Assembly: GCA_963700635.1 (NCBI GenBank)
Contig: CAVOYH010000004.1
Span: forward strand, 608,001 to 672,000
DNA from: an uncultured Bacteroidota bacterium
GTDB taxonomy: Bacteria; Bacteroidota; Ignavibacteria; UBA10030; UBA6906
Direction of reading: 5' to 3'
DNA: 64,000 nt
Shown piece after piece: positions 44,766-55,396 of this stretch. Positions within the stretch are counted from its first letter, which is position 1; each line of letters opens with the position of its first letter. The notes beneath the pieces were generated by a model. The model was given only the letters and a program-made list of their open reading frames with translations, was not told the origin of the DNA and did no database searches. Position numbers and translations under genes: made by a program.

Positions 44766-44769
44766 ACAT

Positions 44770-45534
44770 ATGCCTCGTGTAGAAGTTGCCGAATTGCTGG
44801 CAGCTGGCTGCCACTTTGGCCATCTTACCCGCCGCTGGAACCCCAAAATGCGCCCTTATATTTTTATGGAGCGCAACGGCATTCACGTCATTGACCTCAT
44901 CAAGACCCGCCAGTTACTCGAGGATGCGGCTAACGCACTCTCGAACATCGTTGCGGACGGCAAACGTATCCTCTTCGTCGGTACAAAAAAACAGGCGAAG
45001 GGTATTACCAAAGATGAAGCCGTCCGGACAGGGGAGTTCTACGTGAGCGAACGCTGGCTTGGCGGATGCCTCACCAATTTTAGCACGATCCGGAAGAGCG
45101 TAAAACGCCTCACGAACATCGAGAAGATGGAGAGTGACGGAACGTTCGACAAGATCACGAAAAAAGAAGCGCTCTTTCTTATGCGCGAAAAGGAAAAGCT
45201 GAACAACGTCCTCTCCGGCGTCGTGGAGATGAGCCGTCTGCCAGGCGCCCTTTTTGTGATCGACGTGAAAAAAGAAGCCATTGCCGTCAAAGAAGCGCGA
45301 CGCCTCGGTATCCCGGTGTTCGCCATTGTTGATACGAACTGCGACCCGGACGGCATCGACTATGTCATCCCGGCTAACGATGACGCCATCAAATCCGTTC
45401 AGGTTATTACCAAGGTCGTGGCCGATGCAATCGTAGAAGGCAAACACAGAGCCGCTGCCCATCATGCCGAAGTGATGGCAGAACATGAGAACAAGGACAA
45501 AGACACAGCACCTGAAGAGAAAACTGCGCGGTAA
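44770..45534 (+). CDS. rpsB: 30S ribosomal protein S2
   Basis: HFGH..RRWNPKM, FVGTKKQ, RWLGG.LTN, DTNCDP, PANDDA. Confidence 0.98.
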   Translation: MPRVEVAELLAAGCHFGHLTRRWNPKMRPYIFMERNGIHVIDLIKTRQLLEDAANALSNIVADGKRILFVGTKKQAKGITKDEAVRTGEFYVSERWLGGCLTNFSTIRKSVKRLTNIEKMESDGTFDKITKKEALFLMREKEKLNNVLSGVVEMSRLPGALFVIDVKKEAIAVKEARRLGIPVFAIVDTNCDPDGIDYVIPANDDAIKSVQVITKVVADAIVEGKHRAAAHHAEVMAEHENKDKDTAPEEKTAR

Positions 45535-45559
45535 CGATCAGAGGAAAGATTACAGACGT

Positions 45560-46426
45560 ATGGAAATCACAAGTGAAGTCATTAAACGCCTGCGCGACAA
45601 AACCGGCGCGGGCATGATGGACTGCAAACGGGCCCTCGAGGCCTCCAAAGGGGACATCGAGGCGGCCATTGAATATCTCAGGAAAAAAGGGGCTGCAGTC
45701 GGTCAGAAACGGGCCGACCGTTCCGCGAAGGAAGGTCTCATTGTCACCCGGGTGTCTCCGGACGCCACATGCGGTGTGGCCGTCGAGGTAAATTGCGAAA
45801 CCGACTTCGTCGGGCGCAGTGATGATTTTGTCGCCTTCGCAGGTCTTGTGGCCGACACAGTGCTCCGCGACCGGCCGGCGACGGTGGAAGCTCTTCAGAA
45901 CCTCAAAACCCCCGGAGGGAAAACCGTGGGGGAGCTGATGAATGACCTCCTTGCGAAAGTGGGGGAGAAACTTGACATCAGGCGATTCCAGATTGTGGTC
46001 TCTCCGGGAGGAACCATCAGCTCGTATACGCACCTCGGCAGCAAGATCGGAGTGCTCGTGGAATTCGTCGGACTTGCCGCCGCGGGACCCAATGCCATCC
46101 TCGGACGGGATGTCGCCATGCAGATCGCCGCGATGAGCCCGTCAGTCATCAGCCGTGAACAGGTCAGCAAATCTACCGTCGATCGCGAACTGGAGATCTA
46201 CCGCACTCAGGCCAAGAACGAAGGGAAGAAGGAGCAGGTGATCGAGCGGATCGCTTCTGGCCGGCTCGAGAAATTCTATCAGGAAGTGTGTTTGCTCGAG
46301 CAGACATTCATCAAAGATCCCGGGAAGACGATCAACGACATTCTTCAGGAGGCAGGCAAAATCTCCGGCAAGGCCGTCAGCGTCAGCAGTTTCGTCCGAT
46401 TCCACCTTGGCGAGGAGGTGAAGTAG
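45560..46426 (+). CDS. tsf: Elongation factor Ts
   Basis: [20 protein letters not shown]. Confidence 0.97.
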   Translation: MEITSEVIKRLRDKTGAGMMDCKRALEASKGDIEAAIEYLRKKGAAVGQKRADRSAKEGLIVTRVSPDATCGVAVEVNCETDFVGRSDDFVAFAGLVADTVLRDRPATVEALQNLKTPGGKTVGELMNDLLAKVGEKLDIRRFQIVVSPGGTISSYTHLGSKIGVLVEFVGLAAAGPNAILGRDVAMQIAAMSPSVISREQVSKSTVDRELEIYRTQAKNEGKKEQVIERIASGRLEKFYQEVCLLEQTFIKDPGKTINDILQEAGKISGKAVSVSSFVRFHLGEEVK

Positions 46427-46431
46427 CCTGC

Positions 46432-47154
46432 ATGCCGAACCCGGTGTACAAGCGGGTCCTGCTGAAGCTGAGCGGTGAAGCGCTCATGGGGGAGCAGCAA
46501 TTCGGTATCGATCCATCCATGCTGCGCCAGTATGCCGTGGAGATTCAGGCAGTCAGAGATCTTGGTGTTCAGGTGGGTGTCGTCATCGGCGGCGGAAACA
46601 TCTTCCGCGGAGTTTCAAATTCCACAACCGGAATCCACAAGGCGACGGGCGACCAGATGGGAATGCTGGCGACCCTGATCAACGCGCTCGCCCTTCAGGC
46701 CTCTCTGGAAAACATGGGGTTGAGCACCCGGCTCATGTCTGCGATCCGCATGGATACCATCGCGGAACCGTTTATACGCCGCCGCGCTGTACGCCATCTG
46801 GACAAAGGCCGGATTGTCCTGTTCGGCGCAGGCACGGGGAGTCCGTACTTTACCACGGACACAGCCGCTGTGCTCCGCGGGGTCGAAATCGAAGCCGATG
46901 TCGTGATCAAAGGCACCCGCGTGGATGGCGTGTATGATTCCGATCCCGAACGGAATCCTGAAGCATTCCGGTTCGAAAAAATTACGTATATGGATGTTTT
47001 GAAGAAGGATCTCAAGGTGATGGATATGACTGCAATCACCTTGTGCCGCGAAAACAATCTCCCCATCCTGGTGTTCAACATGAACCGTCCGGGGAATTTT
47101 AAGAGACTTATCCTCGGCGAATCTGTCGGCACACGCGTAAGCGAAGTGCTCTGA
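46432..47154 (+). CDS. pyrH: UMP kinase
   Basis: [30 protein letters not shown]. Confidence 0.97.
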   Translation: MPNPVYKRVLLKLSGEALMGEQQFGIDPSMLRQYAVEIQAVRDLGVQVGVVIGGGNIFRGVSNSTTGIHKATGDQMGMLATLINALALQASLENMGLSTRLMSAIRMDTIAEPFIRRRAVRHLDKGRIVLFGAGTGSPYFTTDTAAVLRGVEIEADVVIKGTRVDGVYDSDPERNPEAFRFEKITYMDVLKKDLKVMDMTAITLCRENNLPILVFNMNRPGNFKRLILGESVGTRVSEVL

Positions 47155-47187
47155 TGCCGGCGTGAAGAAAACGAGACGAGGAGTCCA

Positions 47188-47745
47188 ATGGTAAAGACAC
47201 TGTTAAAAGACTGCGAAGAGCGGATGCACAAGGCAACCGAAGTGGTTCGCCAGGAATTCGCAAAAATCCGCACAGGAAAAGCAACAACTGCCCTCCTTGA
47301 CAGCGTGAAGGTGGAATACTACGGGTCGGCGATGGCGCTGAATCATGTGGCCAACGTCGGTGTCTCGGACATCCACACGCTGACGGTCCAGCCATTTGAT
47401 AAGGGCGCGATGGACCCGATCATGAAGGGGATTCAGGCTGCAAATCTCGGCCTCAATCCGATGAAAGATGCGGATATCATCCGCGTCCCCATTCCTCCGT
47501 TGAATGAAGAACGCCGCCGCGATCTTGTCAAACTCACCAAGAAGTTCGGCGAGGAGGGGAAAATCGCCATTCGTAATGTCCGACGGGACACGATTGAGCA
47601 CCTCAAGAAGGCGGAAAAAGAAGAGCACTTTTCAGAGGATGAACGTAAACGCGGAGAGGCGGACGTTCAGAAGATTACCGACAAAGGGATTAAGGACATT
47701 GAGGCGCTCCTGGCTGTGAAAGAGAAGGAGATTATGGAAGTGTAA
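47188..47745 (+). CDS. frr: Ribosome recycling factor
   Basis: IRTGKA, PPLNEERR, IRNVRR, KEKEIMEV. Confidence 0.97.
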   Translation: MVKTLLKDCEERMHKATEVVRQEFAKIRTGKATTALLDSVKVEYYGSAMALNHVANVGVSDIHTLTVQPFDKGAMDPIMKGIQAANLGLNPMKDADIIRVPIPPLNEERRRDLVKLTKKFGEEGKIAIRNVRRDTIEHLKKAEKEEHFSEDERKRGEADVQKITDKGIKDIEALLAVKEKEIMEV

Positions 47746-47771
47746 CTGTGCCAGCCTTCCCGTAACCATTC

Positions 47772-47810
47772 AGCCGGTCTTCCTCCTGGGAAGACCGGCT
47801 TTTCTCTTTT
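47772..47810 (+). terminator. Intrinsic terminator after frr
   Basis: AGCCGGTCTTCC-TCCTG-GGAAGACCGGCT followed by a T-rich tract. Confidence 0.9.
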
Positions 47811-47817
47811 TCCCGGG

Positions 47818-47845
47818 TGCAACAATGCCACACCCTCGTGCGTAC
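47818..47845 (+). promoter_or_regulatory. Putative ECF-sigma promoter of pspC-like genes
   Basis: TGCAAC-N17-CGTAC (AAC/CGT pattern). Confidence 0.45.
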
Positions 47846-47886
47846 ATGAAGAGAGGAAGGCCACACTACAAGCTCCGGAGAATCCT

Positions 47887-48600
47887 ATGAACGGTTCAGA
47901 AAACATCCGACGTCTCACCAAAAGCCGCACTGACCGGATGATTGACGGCGTGTGCGGAGGTATCGCCGCTTATGCAGGGGTGGATGCGACGCTCGTCCGC
48001 CTCGCCTGGGTCCTTATTACGCTGATTGGCGGCTCCGGCATTCTGCTGTATATTGCGGCCATGATCCTGATGCCGAAAGAAGCAGAATCACCCGGCACCG
48101 GAACAACCGTGCCGCCTCCCGGGTCCCGCAAGACGAACACGACATTCTGGGGAATCCTTTTTGTCGGGGCAGGGCTCTTCTGGCTGGCCGTGAATCTGGG
48201 GATGCCTGTGTGGCATCACTGGTGGGGGTTTTCGATGCAGATCGTGGTTCCGCTGTTGCTTATCCTCATGGGAGTTACGTTCTTGTTCGGTGGGCGGAAT
48301 TACTTCTCCGTTGCCCCGGAAGATGCCTCTTCACCGCGGGGAACGGACGACGATTTTTCCCGTGAATCACCGGGCGCGGAGCAGTCTCGGTTGACCAGGT
48401 CGCGGACCGACAAAAAGCTCGCGGGCGTGTGCGGGGGCATTGGCGCTGCGATGAAGGTCGACCCGGTGATTGTGCGTCTGGGATTTGTTTTAGCCGCGCT
48501 GGCGTCAGTCGGAATTATGCTGGTAATCTATATCGTCCTTGCGATCGTCGTTCCCCTTGAACCGGAAAATACTCCCGAACCGGCCGGAGCCGGAATCTGA
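47887..48600 (+). CDS. Double PspC-domain membrane protein with central LiaF/DUF5668-like TM region
   Basis: Two copies of L.(K/R)SRTD(R/K)...GVCGGI...VD...VRL. Confidence 0.88.
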   Translation: MNGSENIRRLTKSRTDRMIDGVCGGIAAYAGVDATLVRLAWVLITLIGGSGILLYIAAMILMPKEAESPGTGTTVPPPGSRKTNTTFWGILFVGAGLFWLAVNLGMPVWHHWWGFSMQIVVPLLLILMGVTFLFGGRNYFSVAPEDASSPRGTDDDFSRESPGAEQSRLTRSRTDKKLAGVCGGIGAAMKVDPVIVRLGFVLAALASVGIMLVIYIVLAIVVPLEPENTPEPAGAGI

Positions 48601-48610
48601 GGAACCACCC

Positions 48611-49129
48611 ATGACATCACCTCTGCATCGTACGCCCGTATTCTGGGGCAGCGCGCTGATCGGTATCGGCACATTGCTTCTCCTGCATAAGCTTGCTCTT
48701 TTGCCGTTCAGCGGATGGACTATCATCTGGGGCGGGGTTGCGGGGATAGCCCTGGTCATGCTCGTACGGCGGTTCCGGGAGCACGGCGAGGGCGTTTTCT
48801 GGTGGGTGTTATTGTTCTGCTTTGCGCTCTATAAGTTTGTAAGCGGCGCCGGACTATTGTATGTCCCCGTCTGGTACGGGTTCCCTCTGATGCTGATCGT
48901 CATCGGTGTTGGCTTTGCGGTCATGGTGATCGTCCGTCCGCAGGAATGGCACCTTGTCGTGCCGTCCGCCCTGTTTCTCCTGGTCGGCACCGCGATCCTC
49001 CTTGCCGAGATCGGGACGTTGGACCATGGAACGGTGCGGGAGATGATCAGCACCTACTGGCCGTTTGCCCTGATCCTTTTCGGGGGGGTGCTGCTGCTGA
49101 ATTGGCGAAAGACAAATCCGTCGGCGTAA
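48611..49129 (+). CDS. Membrane protein, LiaF/DUF5668-like
   Basis: FWG..LI.IG.LLLL and YWP..LI..G motifs. Confidence 0.7.
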   Translation: MTSPLHRTPVFWGSALIGIGTLLLLHKLALLPFSGWTIIWGGVAGIALVMLVRRFREHGEGVFWWVLLFCFALYKFVSGAGLLYVPVWYGFPLMLIVIGVGFAVMVIVRPQEWHLVVPSALFLLVGTAILLAEIGTLDHGTVREMISTYWPFALILFGGVLLLNWRKTNPSA

Positions 49130-49145
49130 TCTATGTGGAGCCAGG

Positions 49146-51968
49146 CTACTTCGCGTCAAACCAGCTCCGCCCGGCTGCGACATCAACTTTCACCGGCACT
49201 GTAAGCGGCAACGCCTCCTGCATGACCGCCGCGACTAGACTCCTCATCTGCATCTCTTCACCCTCCGGCACCTCGCACACAAGTTCGTCATGGACCTGAA
49301 GCAGAAGGCGGCTCTGCAATGAACGGATCTGCAACTCGCGGTGAAGCCGGACCATTGCGATCTTGATCATGTCCGCCGATGTTCCCTGAATCGGCATGTT
49401 AATCGCCTGCCGTTCAGCATTGCCACGAATGTTCTGATTTTTGCTGTGTATATCAGGGAGGTACCGCCGGCGGCCGAGCAACGTCTGGACGTAGCCCGTT
49501 TCGCGGACGTGCGCGATGGTCTCCTGGATATAGTTCTTCACCCCGGGGAAACGTTCGAAATACCGGGCGATGATGTCCTTTGCCTCTGACTGCGGAATGC
49601 CGAGACGGTTGCCGAGTCCGAAGGGACCGATGCCGTACATGATGCCAAAGTTCACCTCCTTCGCCTTCCGGCGCATGTCTTTGGTCACCTCATCCGCGCT
49701 CACGCTGAAAACCCGTGCGGCAGTGGTTGCGTGAATGTCCTCGTCGTGAAGGAACGCCTCCCGCAGTGCGGCATCTCCGGAAATATGAGCCATAACGCGC
49801 AATTCTATCTGCGAATAATCAGCAGCCAGGATCTTCCAGCCGGGATTCCAGGGGATGAAGGCGCGCCGGATCTCGCGCCCCAGATCGGTCCGTATGGGGA
49901 TGTTCTGCAAGTTCGGATCACTGGACGACAACCTTCCCGTTGCGGCGACTGTTTGATTGTAGGAGGTATGCACGCGGCCGGTGTCGGGATGGAGAAGGAG
50001 AGGGAGAGCATCCACATACGTTGACTTCAATTTCGCAAGCTGGCGGTACTCCAGCAACGCGTCAACGATCGGATGCTGGCCCCGCAGGGATTCAAGAACT
50101 GTGACGTCCGTGGAATACCCCGTCTTGGTCTTCTTCAAAGGGGGTAAGTTCAGCTTCTGAAATAGAACTTCGCCCAGCTGCTGCGTGGAATTAACATTAA
50201 ACTGACCCCCGGCTTCCCGGTGTATCTCTGTCATCAAATGCTGTATCTGGCGGTCGAGATCTTTTCCCATCTCGTGTAAATGGTCCCTGTCCAGATTGAT
50301 CCCATGGTACTCCATGTCCGCCAGGACGTTTATCAGCGGGAATTCCACGCTTGAGGAGAGATCAAACATGCCCGCCTCCCGCAGCTGTTGTTCCTGAATA
50401 ACGCTCAGCCGCTTGGTGAAGTCGGCATCTTCGGAGGCATAGTTTGCCACGTCTTCCACGGGCACCGCAGTGATGGGAATCCTGTTCTTGCCCGTTCCGG
50501 TGAGGTCGTCGTACGACACCATCTTGTAGTGCAGAACATCGAGTGCCATGCTGTCAAGCGAATGCTGTCCGTCGGCCCGGAGGAGGTACCCGGCGACCAT
50601 TGTATCAAATGCCGGGGAGGGCATGGTGATGCCATGCCGGCGCATTACCAGCATGTCATATTTGATGTTCTGCCCGATGAACTTTTTGGTCCGATCTTCG
50701 AGCACCGGACGCAGTCCGCTGATAACCGCATCGAGAGGTAAGCCACGTGAGAGTGGCACTGTGTGCCTGGGGGAAAGATCTTCAAACAGTTCCGAGCCCG
50801 GGTCTGGCCCCGGGTGTTCAACCGGAACATACCACGCCTCACGGGGCGTAATGCAGAAGGAACAGCCGACCAACACGGCGCGCATGGCATCGGTTGATGT
50901 TGTTTCGGTGTCAAACGTGATTGTCCCGGCGTTTGCGAGACGTGAACACAGAGCACGGAAGTCCTCCGGCGTGCTCACACAGTGGTAGGTGTGTTCATCG
51001 TCGGCCATCGTGAGAGCTGGTTTTTCGGGCTCAACGGGTTCCGGGGACTTGACATTGTCCGCATGCTCCGGTTCCGTTCTTGCCGGGGCTTTCCCCTTGC
51101 GGATCCTCGGTAAAAGCGCCTTGAATTCCATTTTCTCAAAGAGGGCGAGCAGCGCTGACTGATCCGGTTCGAGGGCCTGGAGGTCATCCACCGAGGTACT
51201 GAGGGGCACAGCGGTGTCAATCGTGACCAGTGTTTTGGAGAGGAAAGCCAGGTCCCTGTGACGTGTGAGTTTTTCACGAACGCCCTTCTGCGGAATTTCC
51301 TCCAGATGAGCATAGAGGTTTTCGAGTGAACCCCACGTCTGGATCAACGGGATGGCGGTTTTTTCACCGATTCCCGGGACGCCGGGAACATTATCGGATT
51401 TGTCTCCGATAAGCGCCAGGACATCGATGACATGTTCCGGGTCCACACCAAACTTCTGCTTCACCCCTTCGACATCAACCCGTTCCAGATCTGCCGATCC
51501 TTTGACGGGGCGAAGCATCATGATGCCGGGACTCAGAAGCTGCATCATGTCTTTGTCAGCCGTTACAAGAAAGGTCACCAGCTTCTTCTGTTCTGCCTGT
51601 CTCGCGATGGTGCCGATGATATCGTCAGCCTCATACCCGGGGAGTTCAAGAAGCGGAGTGCGGAAGGCCCGGACGATGTCCTTGATCCAGGTGAGTTGGG
51701 GGACCATGTCTTCCGGCATCGATTCGCGTGTGGCCTTGTACTCAGGGTACATCGTATGCCGGAAGGTGGGCTCCTTTGTGTCAAACACCACGGCGATGTG
51801 TTCGGGCCGATCGTCGTCGAGTACCTTCATCAGCGTTGTCACAAATCCGTACACGGCGCTGGTGTTCTCGCCCCGGCTATTACGCAGCGGACGGTTGATG
51901 AAGGAATAGTAGGCGCGGTACACCAGGGCCATTCCGTCCAGGAGATAAAGACGTTCGATGTCTGCCAT
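49146..51968 (-). CDS. polA: DNA polymerase I
   Basis: 5'-exo LLDG..L.YRAY, YEADD, GD.SDN.PG; 3'-exo DTET; polymerase TGRLSS, ADYSQIELR, LQVHDEL. Confidence 0.98.
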   Translation of the reverse strand: MADIERLYLLDGMALVYRAYYSFINRPLRNSRGENTSAVYGFVTTLMKVLDDDRPEHIAVVFDTKEPTFRHTMYPEYKATRESMPEDMVPQLTWIKDIVRAFRTPLLELPGYEADDIIGTIARQAEQKKLVTFLVTADKDMMQLLSPGIMMLRPVKGSADLERVDVEGVKQKFGVDPEHVIDVLALIGDKSDNVPGVPGIGEKTAIPLIQTWGSLENLYAHLEEIPQKGVREKLTRHRDLAFLSKTLVTIDTAVPLSTSVDDLQALEPDQSALLALFEKMEFKALLPRIRKGKAPARTEPEHADNVKSPEPVEPEKPALTMADDEHTYHCVSTPEDFRALCSRLANAGTITFDTETTSTDAMRAVLVGCSFCITPREAWYVPVEHPGPDPGSELFEDLSPRHTVPLSRGLPLDAVISGLRPVLEDRTKKFIGQNIKYDMLVMRRHGITMPSPAFDTMVAGYLLRADGQHSLDSMALDVLHYKMVSYDDLTGTGKNRIPITAVPVEDVANYASEDADFTKRLSVIQEQQLREAGMFDLSSSVEFPLINVLADMEYHGINLDRDHLHEMGKDLDRQIQHLMTEIHREAGGQFNVNSTQQLGEVLFQKLNLPPLKKTKTGYSTDVTVLESLRGQHPIVDALLEYRQLAKLKSTYVDALPLLLHPDTGRVHTSYNQTVAATGRLSSSDPNLQNIPIRTDLGREIRRAFIPWNPGWKILAADYSQIELRVMAHISGDAALREAFLHDEDIHATTAARVFSVSADEVTKDMRRKAKEVNFGIMYGIGPFGLGNRLGIPQSEAKDIIARYFERFPGVKNYIQETIAHVRETGYVQTLLGRRRYLPDIHSKNQNIRGNAERQAINMPIQGTSADMIKIAMVRLHRELQIRSLQSRLLLQVHDELVCEVPEGEEMQMRSLVAAVMQEALPLTVPVKVDVAAGRSWFDAK

Positions 51969-51984
51969 AGGGTCCTTACAATTC

Positions 51985-53220
51985 TTATTCAGTGGGTGAG
52001 ACCGGCTCTGCGATCCCGGGTGCATGTGCGGCCTCCATCCCGGGGTCCAGCAGACGTGTCCACACGATGTAGCTCATGGAAAGCAGAAGAATGCCGTTGG
52101 CAATAAACGGGGCGCTGATGCCGAACGCTCCCGCCAGAATCCCTCCCATCGCGGGTCCGAGCAGGTTGCCGAGCAGGGTCATGCTGGAGGCGATCGCCAT
52201 CATTCCTCCCTGGCGTTCCGGGGGAGTGAAGACACTTGTGAGGGCATATAGTGTCGGGAGGATGCCGCCGCGGGCAAACCCGAGGAACGCACGGAGAGCG
52301 CCGAGCTGAACCAGTGAGCCGACCAGGAGATGACCCATGTAGCAGACGCCGATAACACCGAGCGCGATGGCGAGATTCTTCCGGTACCCGGTCCGGTCAT
52401 TCCGCCGGCCCCACCAGGGCGCAGATATGACCATAAACAGGCCGGAGACAGAAAAGATGCTCCCTGCAATCGTGGAGATATACTTGCTGTCCGCTTCGAA
52501 TCCTTCGACAAAAAGCACGAAAATCGGTTCGACCATCAGAACGGACATCTGCCCGACAACGAGGGTTGCCGCGACGATACGAAGCCTGCGGTCCCGGAAC
52601 ATCAGCCGTACATTTTCCCGAACCGTAAAGCGCCTGGATTCGGGATGGACCTTCTGCAATTCCGTAACAAGGAGCAGTACGAGGATTCCGGCGACCGTGC
52701 AGAATGAAGCGGTGACAAAGAAGATGGGCCGGTATCCGATAAGATCCGCGAGCAGTCCGCCGACAAACGGTCCGAATACCATGCCTCCGGCCGTGGAGGT
52801 TTGCATAAACCCCATGGCATAGCCCATGTGTTCGCGGGGAGTATTGGTCGATACAAGGGCCAGGGATGATGCAATAAACCCGCTGATGGCACCCTGGAGC
52901 ACCCGAAAGAAGAGGAGCTGATACACATCCTGGGAAAACCCCATGAGCAATTGTGAGAGTGCGAGACCGAAAATCGCCCGCACCACCATCGCCTTTCGCC
53001 CGTAACGGTCCCCCAGCGCGCCCCAGAGCGGTATTGCCACAAAGGAGAGGACGAACGGTCCGGAGAAGACAAGTCCGCTCCAGCGGGCGAGGGCATCGGG
53101 ATCGGTAACGCCGAGTTCACGAATGTAGAAGGGGAGAAAGGGGACGACCAGATTCATCCCCACCATTGCGAGAAACTGGGTGCCCCAGAGCGTGTAAAGG
53201 TTCTTGCGCCATGGTTCCAT
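51985..53220 (-). CDS. MFS efflux transporter (MdtG-like)
   Basis: W.KNL..LW..QF, G.LGDRYGRK, about 12 TM segments. Confidence 0.88.
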   Translation of the reverse strand: MEPWRKNLYTLWGTQFLAMVGMNLVVPFLPFYIRELGVTDPDALARWSGLVFSGPFVLSFVAIPLWGALGDRYGRKAMVVRAIFGLALSQLLMGFSQDVYQLLFFRVLQGAISGFIASSLALVSTNTPREHMGYAMGFMQTSTAGGMVFGPFVGGLLADLIGYRPIFFVTASFCTVAGILVLLLVTELQKVHPESRRFTVRENVRLMFRDRRLRIVAATLVVGQMSVLMVEPIFVLFVEGFEADSKYISTIAGSIFSVSGLFMVISAPWWGRRNDRTGYRKNLAIALGVIGVCYMGHLLVGSLVQLGALRAFLGFARGGILPTLYALTSVFTPPERQGGMMAIASSMTLLGNLLGPAMGGILAGAFGISAPFIANGILLLSMSYIVWTRLLDPGMEAAHAPGIAEPVSPTE

Positions 53221-53327
53221 GTCGGATCAATTTACCCAAAACGCGAGGGAGAAGCAAAATCAGACGGCGTTCAGGGTCTGTGCATGGTGTCCGACAACCC
53301 TGACATACCGGTGCACGGGAGCACGTC

Positions 53328-55268
53328 TCATGGTTGCCGGGTGAGCACCAATTCCTGCTGATCGCGTACGCGCGCGGAATCAAGGAATTGCCGGAAGGCC
53401 GGATAACGCGGGGGGGGGATGTCTGCTCCGGAGATGGAATAGCCGCTCGTATACTCGAGAACGTTTCCGCGGGTGCGCCATCGCGTGTGCCATGTTCCAA
53501 AATCGGAGTGAAGGGAGTCCTGCCCCTCCGGCACAACGGATGTCCACCCGTCAGGTATGTGTAGCGTGAGCTGAAGGTCGGACCTTGATCCAAATCGAAA
53601 GCGTACCGGATGGGTTCGTGAGGCAGCGCGGAAATAATCGGAGAGGGAGCTCCCGACGATGTCACCCGGCCTGAGGATCATCGTGGAGGCCCTTCGCGTT
53701 GCGAACGCCGCGGAGCGAAAGAGATAGGAGACCATCAGGGAGTCCGTCTTCGGTTCTATCCCGGCCATGGTGAATGTATCCACCATGGCCACCGGCGTGC
53801 GGCGTGAAAGGTAATTCTCAAGCCATTCGCGACGGCCGGCGTGGTTTGCCGACCGGAACTCATGCCGGAGTTCTGTGGCGACCGCGCCTGTGAGTCTATT
53901 TGCGCCGGCGACGGTTGCAGCACCATGCTCATCCAGGGTGGCGGTCCAGCGTACCTGCAGGCTGTTTGATCCGGTGGAATCCAACGGAGTCACCAACGCC
54001 GCCGGGTCACCGCGTGGGGATGCGCACACAACGGAACGACCCTGATCGTACCATGGAAGTGTTGAGAACCGGCAGGCTTTTTCGGTGGCGTCCATCCAGA
54101 TGCCGCCCGGAACCACGTCCGGCGCAAAGGCGATAAGGTGATTAAACTGTAACGGTGAGGGGAGGGTGGTGTCGGGACGGCCATTCTGATGTGTGCTTAT
54201 CAGGACGGGGAGCACCCGGATGTCTGCATGGCGCGCCAGTGCACAGAGAACAACCACCATATCCTTACAGTCACCGTATCTTTTCGCCACTACGTCTTCC
54301 GCATCATGGGGCTGATACCCGCCAACGCCTATTTCAACAGCTATGTAGCGAACATGGTCGCGGACCCATTCGAACACCACCTTCAGTTTCTCTGCGGGGG
54401 TGTCGTGGCCGCGCGTGAGAGAATCGGCGAGGGCCCGAACCAACGATCCGCCTTTCATGCGGGGCGCTGCAATTTCGTGGTACCACGTACTGACATCAAT
54501 CCAGGTGGCGAATCCAACGGGTGAAAGGGCGAGGCGTGCAAGCACTTCCTGGGTGGGTGGCATGCCGAATTCCGGATTCAGCGGGGGGACGTCGGAGGTC
54601 TCCCAGACATGTCGTGACTTAAAACCGGCAGGAGCGGAGGTAACGGTCGGCTGGACGTCGCGCCCGTAGGTCCGGAAGAGAATGTCCCATTCGCCCGGCT
54701 TCACCAGGGTGAAGCGGGACAGGTTCACGGGAACCTCGTCCTGAAAGTTCCACCCATGCCAGAGTCCCCGGTTCTGGATCCTGATCCGGTACCGGTATTC
54801 GATGATCGATCCGTCCTCGATCGCCGGCAGCGTGAAGATCCGGGCCCGCTGGTCGGAGAAGAATACAAAATTCGGATACAGACTGACGTCATAGATATCC
54901 TGCGCTTGAAGCTCCACCGACTGACCTGACGGCGTGATCGTGCGGGCCTCAAGGTCGCTGACAAGGCTCGATGCGCCATACGGGATCATTACGTTGGCGT
55001 ACCGGTGTCCGCGGGGATTAAAAATTTTGACGATCCGGTGCCGGTCGAAGACGCTGAATCCAAGCTCCCCGCCGCCAAAAACTTCCATCGATCCTTCGTC
55101 AAGTACGACCATCGCCCCGGCGTCGGGTGCTTCCGGCGGGGGCTTGAGGGAGTGAAGTGTTACAAGAGGAGGCGTGGTCGTGCTATCCCACGCTGACGGG
55201 CCGCCGCACGCCAGGAATACTATTGCCATTACACCGACGCCCACACTCCATCGAAAGCCGATAGACAT
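53328..55268 (-). CDS. DUF3857 / transglutaminase-like domain lipoprotein
   Basis: Lipobox FLAC; VRY...E.G.GG..P; GDCKD; FNH..A; W.D.T. Confidence 0.85.
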   Translation of the reverse strand: MSIGFRWSVGVGVMAIVFLACGGPSAWDSTTTPPLVTLHSLKPPPEAPDAGAMVVLDEGSMEVFGGGELGFSVFDRHRIVKIFNPRGHRYANVMIPYGASSLVSDLEARTITPSGQSVELQAQDIYDVSLYPNFVFFSDQRARIFTLPAIEDGSIIEYRYRIRIQNRGLWHGWNFQDEVPVNLSRFTLVKPGEWDILFRTYGRDVQPTVTSAPAGFKSRHVWETSDVPPLNPEFGMPPTQEVLARLALSPVGFATWIDVSTWYHEIAAPRMKGGSLVRALADSLTRGHDTPAEKLKVVFEWVRDHVRYIAVEIGVGGYQPHDAEDVVAKRYGDCKDMVVVLCALARHADIRVLPVLISTHQNGRPDTTLPSPLQFNHLIAFAPDVVPGGIWMDATEKACRFSTLPWYDQGRSVVCASPRGDPAALVTPLDSTGSNSLQVRWTATLDEHGAATVAGANRLTGAVATELRHEFRSANHAGRREWLENYLSRRTPVAMVDTFTMAGIEPKTDSLMVSYLFRSAAFATRRASTMILRPGDIVGSSLSDYFRAASRTHPVRFRFGSRSDLQLTLHIPDGWTSVVPEGQDSLHSDFGTWHTRWRTRGNVLEYTSGYSISGADIPPPRYPAFRQFLDSARVRDQQELVLTRQP

Positions 55269-55349
55269 ACATGCTCCGTTTCGTACATTCAGAAGATACA
55301 TTCCCCGGGGAAGAAATAAAAGTGTATGAGTGCGGCAAGCTCCTGATTC

Positions 55350-55395
55350 TTGCATTTGTCCCCGTTTCGTGTTACGTTTATGAAAAACGTGCTAC
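55350..55395 (+). promoter_or_regulatory. nikR promoter overlapped by a putative NikR operator
   Basis: TTGCAT-N17-TACGTT; GTGTTAC-N13-GTGCTAC at 55369-55395, next to the start codon. Confidence 0.6.
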
Positions 55396-55396
55396 C

